From the NCBI RefSeq assembly GCF_032444005.1, contig NC_091291.1, positions 7,192,001 through 7,256,000 on the forward strand: DNA of 64,000 nucleotides. The letters are read 5' to 3'. Made by a program: the position numbers and the translations under genes. The notes under the pieces were generated by a model. It saw only the letters and a list, made by a program, of their open reading frames with translations. It searched no databases and was not told the DNA's origin. Shown here piece by piece: positions 1 through 9,641 of the stretch (positions are counted from its first letter, which is position 1; each line of letters opens with the position of its first letter). The DNA is from Ranitomeya imitator (lineage: Eukaryota).

Positions 1-445
1 GCGTTTCTCTGCGACTCTACAAATAAAGTTTATTGAAGCTAAAACACTACGCACAACAACCAATCAGAGATCAGCTATCATTTGTAAACTGCTATGAAAA
101 AAAGAATGCTGCTCTATGATTGGTTGCTATGGTATGTAAGCCATGTTGCCTTCAAGAAATGTTATTTACAGTCAGTCTGTACATTCAGCAAGTCGATCTC
201 TGGTAGATATGGAGGATATCGTTCAATTTTCTGTTTTCCGCTTTTGTTTTTTACTCTCTTCCTTTTAAAGAGCCATGACTTATTATTTTCCATCCCCATA
301 GAAATATAGTTTCTTCTTTTTTTGCTTAATTAGCCTGTTAGGGTTATGGCTCGTTCACGGTTATCGTTAGGAAAGGCCCGCTGATGCCAATTTCCAGCTT
401 TATAAAAACCCAGCCTCCTCTAACATGGTGCCTAAATCCGCAGCC

Positions 446-1135
446 ATGGGTTCTTCTAGCACTCTGAAAATGGTGGAGGCCACAAAGCAGGAGAAGCTAT
501 AAGAAGAAAGCAAAGCGTTAAGTTGCCCTTTCCTCAGTTCAAAACACAATTAAGAAATGGTCGTTACCAGGAACAGTGGAGGTCAAGATAAGGTCTGGAA
601 GACCAAGCAAAATGTCAGTGAGAGCTGCTCGTAGGATGGCTCAAAACCCCCGCTTGACTGCAAAAGACCTTCAGGAAGATATATCAGACACTGAAATTGT
701 GGTACATTGTTCTACTGTTCAGAGACACCTGCACAAATATGGGCTTCATGGAAGAGTCATCAGAAGAAAACCTCTCCTGCATCCTCACCATAAAATGAAG
801 CGTCAGAAGTACGCAAAAGAACATCTTATCAAGCCTGATGCATCATGGAAACAAGTTCTGTGGACCGATGAGGATAAAATAGATCTCTGTGGCCACTATG
901 ATCACACGTATGTGTGGCGAAAAGAACATCTCATCACCCAATAAGCATGGGGGAGGATCAATCATGCTTTGCAGTTGTGTTGCAGACAATGGCACGGGGA
1001 ACATTTCACAGGTAGAGGGAAGAATGGATTCAATGAAATTTCAACAAATTCTTGATGCAAACATAAAACCATCTGTATAAAGACAACGCAAGAATCTCAC
1101 AGAACTGGAGGAATTCTCCAAGGAAAATGGACGAA
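446..1135 (+). mobile_element. Degenerate Tc1/mariner transposase remnant
   Basis: Frameshifted fragments read MGSS..., VKIRSGRPSK...HGRVIRRKPLL...VLWTDE and KHGGGSIM...GTGNI...FQQILDANIKPSV. After about 1078 the sequence jumps to NLTELEEF-like text, so the segment carrying the second D and the E of the DD34E triad is deleted. Confidence 0.88.
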
Positions 1136-1184
1136 CATTCACATCATATACATTTCACATCATATACGAGATACCAATTCACCG

Positions 1185-1381
1185 CACTATGCATGCAACG
1201 TTTTTTTGTCCATCGGTTCCGCTTTTTCCGGAACTCCGCCCCCTCCTCCCCGGACCTTACAATGGGGCAGCGGATGCGTTGTAAAACTGCATCCGCTGCC
1301 CCCGTTGTGATTTTATTTCACAGTATACGTCGGCCCGACGCACTGCGATGGGCCCGTACCGACGCTAGTGCGAAAGTAGCC
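1185..1381. mobile_element. Truncated PIF/Harbinger-type MITE, same family as 1760-2158
   Basis: Right TIR ...GCTAGTGCGAAAGTAGCC followed by TTA. Internal text (CCGGAACTCCGCCCC...GGGGGCAGCGGATGCG) is shared with 2006-2060. No left TIR found. Confidence 0.6.
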
Positions 1382-1759
1382 TTAAGCAGTTGTCTGTGGT
1401 GTATGGCTTGAGAAAGGTCCACATCCTGGACTGAAACGTCACACATGGGCCAATAAACCACATTTATTTTTACTATTGGACTGCTGCCTTCATTTTTCTG
1501 GATATCTTTACCATTGGGTATGCAGGACATACGGATGCGTTGTTTTTCCACGCCCGCTGTCCGCACAAAACGCAACTTGTTGCGTTCCCATGCGGTCGGC
1601 GGGCACGTGAAAACAACGCATCCCCACTCCACTCTTTCACCCTCCCCCACTCCACTCTTTTTCCCCTCACACGTGCACAGCAACTTCCTGTAGCATAGCG
1701 GTGTAATCCATGAGGCTCACTTCCTTTCTCTTGACGTCATGCCTCACAGGAGCAACTAA

Positions 1760-2158
1760 GGCTACTTTCACACTGGCGTTTTTGCCAGACGTCGCAATGC
1801 GTCGTTTATGGCAAAAAACGCATCCTGCAAAGTTGTTTGCAGGATGCGTTTTTGCCCCATAGATTACCATTGGCGACGCATTGCCACACGTCGCAACCGT
1901 CGTGTGACGGTTGCGCCGTGTTGTGGCGGACCGCCGGAAGCAAAAAACGTTAAATGTAACGTTTTTTGCTCCTGACAGACCGCTTTTTCCGACCGCGCAT
2001 GCGCGGCCGGAACTCCGCCCCCACCTCACAAGGGGGCAGCGGATGCGCCGGAGAAATGCATCCGCTGCACCCGTTGTGCAGTGCGTCAAACGCTAGCGTC
2101 GGAATCTCTGCCCGACGCATTGCGACGGGGAGATTCCGACGCTACTGTAAAAGTAGCC
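1760..2158. mobile_element. PIF/Harbinger-type MITE
   Basis: TIRs GGCTACTTTCACACT and ACTGTAAAAGTAGCC, TAA target duplication on both sides (1757-1759, 2159-2161), and internal palindromes. Confidence 0.85.
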
Positions 2159-4100
2159 TAACTCTATTCTAGACACAGCGGAGATAGATGTGGCCTGTGC
2201 CTGCGGCGCAGATACCCTGAAGGCGGCGGCCCTGTTGTAGCTCGCAGGGCTGGGACGTTGCAGCCGGTGATTTTGCAGGGTGACTTTCGAGGTGAACGTG
2301 TCTCCGCTCATGTGTGCCAACAATGTGGGCCATGTGGATGGGACTTTGTATGTGGAGGGAGTGTGCGGAGTGGACGTGGCTTGATACACACACACACATA
2401 CATACATACACTCCGAATATATATATATATATTTAAAATGCTTCAGGTCTCATAAAATGGCGACTTTTTAATTTTTTATACCACAAAAAAAAAAAATCAA
2501 ATTTGGCAGCTATAATTGTACCGACCCAGAGAACAGTGTCACCAGGGCATTTTTACCACAGGATGAACGTCAAATAGGAAAGAGAACAAACAGCAAAATT
2601 TATTTTTTCAATCATTTCACTGCTGTGAATTGTTTTTCCATTTTTTTTTCGCAGATTTTATGATAAAATGAACAAAAATTAAAAATGGCTGCATTGGGAA
2701 GGGGTTATAATGGGGATGGGGGCACTCCAGCATTTGGGGCTGTGGGATGCCTTTATGGGGGGCTTTTAACACAAGTGGACACTCAGCCGCCCACCAGACA
2801 AGGAAAGAGACACTTACTTCACAGCACAGGTAGAACATATGATATCTGTTGTGTTTTCACATTTCAGGGCAGATTAGAGGAATAAAGACCAATAGCTGTG
2901 ACATTTACCTCAGAAACCATTAATATCAGCACCATTCACCACAAGGAGAGAATCACCTGTGTCATCATTCACCTCAGGAGCATTTCCCGCCTAGAAATAG
3001 GACAGAATCTGAGGAAAGCCGGCAGTTTCCGCAATGATTGCTGGGAGTCGTAGTTTAAATAATCACTTCTGCATATTAGATAACAGCAGACGTGAACTAC
3101 AGTTCCCAGAAATCCATGCGACACAAATGGTTTCTGGGAACTGTAGTCCAGAGAATGCAGTAACAAACGCTAGAAGGGGACAGTTGCACTACAAATCCCA
3201 GAAATCATTGCGCGATCAATTCTAGGAGTGAAATAGAGGATGTTGATGAGAAGAGCTCTCTTACATGAGGAGTGCATACTATGAGTGACTGCTGGGGCTT
3301 GTAGTTCCCCTGTAGCCAAGGACCCATTCTCCTCAGATTATATAGATGATGTTAGTCAGTTTTCAGCATCACGAATGTATAAATGTCACATTATTAAGCA
3401 CATTCGCTGTCAAAAGCGCCATCACATTTCTCTGACGTCTTGTGTTTTTATTTCTCTTGTGATATTTCTCCATCTTTCGATAACGCCGCTGTCACTACAG
3501 AGTGGGCATGGCTCGATACATACACATGCTCAACATGTACACATATATACTGTATATGTGGTCATTTTTTTTTTTTTGTGCCTAAAATACAAAGGAAGTG
3601 TGTCATCTGTAACTTTAGGCCTTTTAGAAATCATTTCATCTTCAACTTTAACTGTTCACAATAATCGTAATTTTGACCAAGGGCGCCCAAACTTTTACAA
3701 ACCACTGTATATACTGCAATACTACAGTATATAACTCTGTTGATCTCCGATGTCTAGTCACGGGCTGCGGTTCATAGAAGCACAAAGATGGACGCAAAGG
3801 GGTCTTTGGTAGACCCCCCCAAGCTGCTATAGCAACCAACTGTTACTGGATGATTGTGTTGTCTCGGGAGGTGTGATTGGTGTTGGAATTGGCGCACTAG
3901 CTGTATCACACCGCTTACATGCTGTGGTCGCTGACTGACTGCGGCATCTACGGGGTTTAATAGCAGCGGGCGGCTGAATGACGACGCGGGCATCTGCTGT
4001 CAGATGTGTGACTCCATGGCTGTTCTGATTGCGGTTGTCATCCAGTTTTCTAGGAGTCCTGATATGACCCCGCTGTCTTTCTCTCTCTCTCCGTGTCTAG

Positions 4101-4248
4101 TGATGGCAGTAGGAACACGAGCTGGAGTACTGGAGTTTGGAGAGATGGTGCAGTACATGACAGGGCGGCCTCCTCTGAAGTCCTACATTATCTATGGCTG
4201 CTATTGTGGGCTTGGAGGGAGCGGTTGGCCGGTAGACGAGATTGACTG
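4101..4248 (+). CDS. PLA2G2E: Secreted phospholipase A2, group II (PLA2G2E-like): exon encoding the end of the signal peptide, mature N-terminus and Ca2+-binding loop
   Basis: Pyrimidine tract + AG, then (V)[48 protein letters not shown](W), then GTGAGT donor. YGCYCGxGG is the sPLA2 Ca loop. GGSxWPVD and adjacency to OTUD3 point to PLA2G2E, but exact orthology is an inference. Confidence 0.9.
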
Positions 4249-4302
4249 GTGAGTTCACTGATAGCCGCCAACAACATATCGCACCATGTACGTTCGGCAT
4301 TC

Positions 4303-4663
4303 GGTTTCTTTTACACTTGCCGTGTTTTTGCGGCCCGTTTTTGTGGCGCCAATACATTTCTATGGGGCTGCAAAAATTCATCGGAGCGCCGAACTCCGTA
4401 TGTACACGTGTGAAAAAAAATATAGAGCCTGCTCGATATTTTTCACTGCTTACGGACACGGCCACAACGGAAGCTTGTTTTTGCGGTGCACCGTGAATAC
4501 CGTTTTTGTGGAACGTTTTTTTTTTTTGTTTCAATACTTTTCCCTAGTATTCGAAACCAGAAAAAACAGCGATCCGCAAGATTTTTGCGGCCTGTTTTTG
4601 CAGGAGACCGTGAAAATTGCGGCAAAACGGCCCGCAAAAATCACGGCTAGTGTAAAAGAAGCC
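4303..4663. mobile_element. PIF/Harbinger-type MITE
   Basis: TIRs GGTTTCTTTTACACTTGCCGTG and CACGGCTAGTGTAAAAGAAGCC. Flanks are TTC and TTA (one mismatch). Confidence 0.75.
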
Positions 4664-4786
4664 TTAGTCATTAAGCATCCTATGCCGAGGAACTACACAG
4701 CAGATTGTAGTTATGTGACGTAAGACCACAACGTCGCGCTCGACTATGAAAAAATAACGTTCAAAAAAAAAATCAAAAAAAGTATA

Positions 4787-5878
4787 AGGCCATGTTCACA
4801 CAGTGCGTTTTTTACCGCGGAACCGCGGCGGTTTTGCCGCTGCGGTTCCGCAGCTGTTTTCCATGCAGGGTACAGTACACTGTACCCTATGGAAAACAGG
4901 ACACACTGTGCACATGGTCCGGAAATTGTAAAAAAAAAGCCGCGCTGAATAGCTCCCGGAAAAAAGAAGGAGCATGTCAATTCTTCTTCCTGAACCGCAG
5001 CGGTTCTGCACCCATAGACCTCCATTGTGAGGTCAAAATCGCAGTAAAACACGCAGATCAAAAATATATCTGCGGGTTTTACTGCGATTTGATGTGCAGA
5101 ACCGCTGCAGCAGGAAGTGCGGGGGAGCGGGCGGAAGTGCGTGGGCGGAGTGTGGCTGCCCCCCCGTGCTCCGATCCCGCCCCCCCGTGCTCCGATGCCC
5201 CCCCCCCCCGTGCTCCGATGCCCCCCCCCCAGTGCTCCGATGCCCCCCCCGTGCCCTAATCTCCCCCCCTTATACTTACCCGGCGTCCCGGTGTCCGTCC
5301 GGCCGTCTTCTCCCTGGGCGCCGCCATCTTGCAAAATGGCGGGCGCATGCGCAGTGCGCCCGCCGAATCTGCCGGCCGGCAGATTCGCTCCAAAGTGCAT
5401 TTTGATCACTGAGATATAACCTATCTCAGTGATCAAAATAAAAAAATAGTAAATGACCCCCCCCCACTTTGTCACCCCCATTGNNNNNNNNNNNNNNNNN
5501 NNNNNNNNNNNNNNNNNNNNNNNNNNNNNNNNNNNNNNNNNNNNNNNNNNNNNNNNNNNNNNNNNNNNNNNNNNNNNNNNNNNNNNNNNNNNNNNNNNNN
5601 NNNNNNNNNNNNNNNNNNNNNNNNNNNNNNNNNNNNNNNNNNNNNNNNNNNNNNNNNNTTAGCCCTAAAAAGCTTCCTAGGAAACACAGTCTCTGCATAG
5701 AAAACTGCATAAAAAAAGGATAAAAAAACGCATCAAAAAACGCATCAAAAAACGCATCAAAAAAGGACAAAAAAAGGACCAAAAAAAGGACCTGCGTTTT
5801 CTGCCAAGAGCTGCAGTTTTTTAAAAAAACTGTCCTGAAAAAAAAAGGATGGAAATCCTGAACGTGTGAACATACCCT
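4787..5878. mobile_element. Composite non-autonomous DNA transposon sequence (Harbinger-like ends) spanning an assembly gap
   Basis: Left TAA-GGCCATGTTCACAC, right GTGTGAACATACCC-TAA, and a GC-rich palindromic interior. It may be two different elements joined across the N gap. Confidence 0.5.
5484..5658. other. Assembly gap (175 N)
   Basis: Run of N directly visible. Confidence 0.99.
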
Positions 5879-6684
5879 AATAGAAAACAAAAGACAAAGA
5901 TCTTGTGTGTTTACTTTTCCCTGTTAAAAAAATAAAGAGAAAAGGCCGGATTACTTACCGTAATGCTCTTTTAGAGAGCCACGACAGCAGCCACGAGAGA
6001 GGGGATCCACCCATAGGAACAGGAAACCTACAGAATAAAATGAGGCGGTCCCCCTCTCCTCCTCAGTTTGGTTTTCAGAGTACGAGAGGAACCAGCTCAT
6101 ATCAGATAATGCTAATAACTTAAAAATACTTTATACACCAAGCCATTAGCGAGTGATCTTCGGAAGATGTATATGACTAGGGAGGGTAGTGAGTGGGTGC
6201 TGTCGTGGACTCTCTAAAAGAGCATTACCGGTAAGTAATCCGGCTTTTTACCTTTCGCCATGACAGCACCCACATGAGAGACCTACAGAGAACCGTCACC
6301 TGGGTGGGATTACCGTGCTAAGGACAGCTCTACCGAAAGCCAAGACAGAAGATAAGGATAGATCAAGTCTATAGTGGTTGTAGAAAGTGGAAAGCGTTGA
6401 CCAAGTTGCGGCCTTACATATTAAATCAATTGGCACGTCTGCCTTTTCAGCCCAAGAGGATGCCATAGCCCATGCAGAATGTGCTTTTATTCCTTCCAGA
6501 GGACTTTCGCCTTTTGACGAATAAGCCAGATAGATAGCTTCTCTGATCCACCAGGATAAGGTAGCTTTTGTGATCCCGCGTCCTTTTCTGTGGCCCTGAA
6601 AGGACACAAACAGAGCCCTACTCTGCCTCCAGGCCAGAGTTCTCTCTATATAGGTCAGGACGGCTCTTTTTACATCATCTAAAG

Positions 6685-7003
6685 CAGGGGTGGGGAATCT
6701 TTTTTCTGCCAAGGGCCATTTGGATATTTATACCATCCTTCGGAGGCCGTACAAACTCCGTCCACAAAGTCCATCCTGACTGTGGCACTGGTTTCAGGAC
6801 GTAATCTTTCATTGCATGCCCTTCAGTGTTCAGTAGTGAACACTGCGTGTGTGATAACAGAGAAAGAAGAAATTAAGGAGCTTGTGGCAATCAAAACACA
6901 CCTCCCTGCCCAAGAATGAGGTCCCTGAGAATCTGCTCGAGGGCCTGATAAAAGATCATCGAGGGCCGTAAATGGCCCTGGGGCCTGAGGTTCCCCACCC
7001 CTG
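6685..7003. mobile_element. hAT (Charlie-like) MITE inserted in the DIRS YR gene
   Basis: TIRs CAGGGGTGGGGAA and TTCCCCACCCCTG, with a perfect 8-bp TSD ATCTAAAG at 6677-6684 and 7004-7011. Confidence 0.93.
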
Positions 7004-7403
7004 ATCTAAAGTATGAAACTTTTCTTCTTCCGGACCCGAGGGAGTATCAAAAAAGGAAGGAAGAAATCTCTCTTGTGACCTATGATAACTAGATGCGACC
7101 TTAGGGAGGTATGATGGGTCTGGTTTGAGTATTACGCGGTCTTGGAATACTAACACGAAAGGTGGGTCTATGGAGAGGGTCTGGATGTCACTGACCCTTC
7201 TGGCTGATGTCAAAGCTACTAGTAGAGCTACCTTATACGACATGTTGTTTAAGGGGATAGATTCTAGTGGCTCAAATGGGGAACTAGTTAAGGCATCAAG
7301 GACTAGATTCAAATCCCATGGTGGCAAACGTGGAATGTGGACCGGGTTACTTCGCTCACATGCCTTAATGAATCTTGCAACCCATCTATCTCCTGCTATG
7401 TTA

Positions 7404-7668
7404 GGCTAGGTTCACACTGCATTAAAGCAGCCCGTTCAACACATGCGTTAGAGCTAGCAGATGCTCTATCTGCTCTAGCAGTGACAAACCCGGAAACACT
7501 GCAGCCTGCGTCCCAGGGTCCGTCACTCAATGACGGCACATCGTTAGCGCACATCCATTATGGGCATGCGCTAGCGATGCGCCCGAAATAGGGGAGAATG
7601 GCAGCATTAATGGACTGCGTTACACCACGTTATCTATCGGACTGCCAGAACGAAATGTGAACCCAGCC
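7404..7668. mobile_element. PIF/Harbinger-type MITE inserted in the DIRS YR gene
   Basis: TIRs GGCTAGGTTCACACT and AATGTGAACCCAGCC, TTA TSD on both sides. Removing it rejoins the YR frame. Confidence 0.88.
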
Positions 7669-8199
7669 TTACACCCATAAAGAGTCCTCAAGGCTGAAAT
7701 CTGGACCTTTAAAGTGCTCACTGATAAACCCAGCAGGAAATAGGTTATCAGACATTATTACGCCTCCTATCTGTACAATACAGGTTAGAGCAATGCTAGA
7801 GGGTCTGGCAATGTCTGACAACCTGACTACCACGTGGAGGCAGGCCCTGCCATCTGCACAGCGGTGAGGGTCTGAGCACAGAGAAACAGTGGCCTGTCCC
7901 GTCCCAGTGTTCCAAACGCTATGTGGGACGACCTGGAACCACTGCGGCAAGTTACACGGCGCCCGCCTCGTGTCCGCATCAAGTTACACATAAACATTAG
8001 TGTTGACTTTGTAAATATTTTCCGCATCGGGGCGTGGCCTGAATGTCCATGTGAGCGGACGTGTGGCAGAGCGCTCCCGCTGCTAATATTGTCATTATCC
8101 TTAAAAGCCGCAGCTGAGCGGCGATTTGCGGTGCTTACCGGCTGCAGGAGAGTCCCGGGAGTGTGGCGGTGAACAGCGGCGGCCCCGAGGTCAGCAAAT

Positions 8200-9267
8200 A
8201 TGACCAGGAGGAGGCAAAGAGACGCAGGAGCCGGCGAGGCTGGGACCGGCCAAGATGGCGCCGATGCCAGGGAGAAGGCGGAAAAGGACAACGCTGCATG
8301 CCAGAAGCGAATGGCGGCGGCGGCGGCAAAGCTCCAGCAGTTTGCTAGAGTGGAGGCCGCAGGGAGCACAGAAAAAGCAGAGGAGGACGCCAGAGCAGAC
8401 ACAGACACAGAAGGAGAGGAGGAAAGCCCAGCAGAGGAGCAGGAGGTACAGCAGGGGAGCAGGGATGGTGACATGGCGGTGGTAGTAGGGGGATCTGAAG
8501 ATAAGGAGCCAGGAGCAGAGCCCACCCTTAGAGACGTTTTTACACTGGTATCATCATGTAAACAATCCCTGACCCAGCAGTTACAGGAGGTCAAAGGGGT
8601 TACAGCCCAGATAAATACAGCCCTGCAGAAGATTGACAAACGTGTGGGGGCTGTGGAGGAAAGAGTGAGCACGGCAGAAGACCATATAGTGCAGCTGCAG
8701 AAAGCGGAGAGGAAGTATACTCAAGCAATATCGGAGCTAGCTGCAAAAAATGAGGATCTGGAAAATAGGTCCAGAAGAAATAACATTCGTATAGTGGGTG
8801 TCCCTGAAAAAGCTGAGGGGAGGAATCCCACGGAGTATGTTGAAAGCTGGCTCCTTGAGACTTTTGGTGATGCAGCACTGACAAAAGTATTTGCGGTAGA
8901 AAGAGCCCACAGGGTCCCACCGAAACCACCTGTCCCTGGAGCGAATCCCCGTACCATGCTTGCCAAAATCCTAAACTACAGAGACAGAGACATTATCCTG
9001 AGGAAAGCTAGAGACATGACGGATCTGACAATTGGAGGTCAAAGAATTGCTATCTACCCTGACTATTCCGCCCTGGTACAGAAACAACGGATGATGTTCA
9101 CGGGTATCAAGAGACGGCTGAGAGAACTGGGAGTGCAATACTCCATGATGTTTCCGGCACAACTGAGAGTGGTTGCGTTGGATAAGATTCATTTTTTCCA
9201 GACGCCGGAGGAAGCTACCCAGTGGATAGATCTTAATGCTAAAAGGCTTAAAGGGAAAGGAGATTGA
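8200..9267 (+). CDS. L1 ORF1p (coiled coil + RRM + CTD)
   Basis: 355-aa open frame with EDLENRSRRNNIRIVGVPE, ERAHRV and IAIYPDYS motifs typical of L1 ORF1p. Confidence 0.9.
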   Translation: MTRRRQRDAGAGEAGTGQDGADAREKAEKDNAACQKRMAAAAAKLQQFARVEAAGSTEKAEEDARADTDTEGEEESPAEEQEVQQGSRDGDMAVVVGGSEDKEPGAEPTLRDVFTLVSSCKQSLTQQLQEVKGVTAQINTALQKIDKRVGAVEERVSTAEDHIVQLQKAERKYTQAISELAAKNEDLENRSRRNNIRIVGVPEKAEGRNPTEYVESWLLETFGDAALTKVFAVERAHRVPPKPPVPGANPRTMLAKILNYRDRDIILRKARDMTDLTIGGQRIAIYPDYSALVQKQRMMFTGIKRRLRELGVQYSMMFPAQLRVVALDKIHFFQTPEEATQWIDLNAKRLKGKGD

Positions 9268-9641
9268 AAATATGGGGTGGGTTGGTCGGGAGGTATTTTA
9301 CTTTCTTTAAAAAGGAAAAAGAGATTGACTGAAAGTACATTGGTAATTGAGATGTGAAGGTTTGAGGGTGGAGTTGGGCATTACGCAGGGAATGCCCTGG
9401 GAGTGCTGATGCGGCGGAAAAGTACGAGGGAGGAAGGGTGTGCAGCGTACTAAAAGTTTATTTAGTTTCTTGCAGTTATAAGTTAATACATGTTGAAATA
9501 TTTTGTTCCTCTAACAATTGCGCCGAATTCTATTATAAACGGTAGCGGGAGGCGGAAGGAGAAGGTTACGTTAACAAGAGTGTTCGCAATGGGTGATGGT
9601 GCCCCACTCTTGATAAGAGGCAGAATGTATAGTATTGGGGG

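Larger units (their letters stand above)
5941..7790 (-). mobile_element. DIRS1-like tyrosine-recombinase retrotransposon, 3' remnant, interrupted by two MITEs
   Basis: After removing the MITEs the YR reads STLKVQISALRTLYGCNIAGDRWVARFIKA...PPWDLNLVLDAL...LTSARRVSD...FHTLDDVKRA...AHSAWA...ATWS...FYNHY. An inverted repeat of about 55 bp (5941-5995 vs 6193-6248) matches DIRS ITR/ICR architecture. The left boundary is approximate. Confidence 0.88.
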
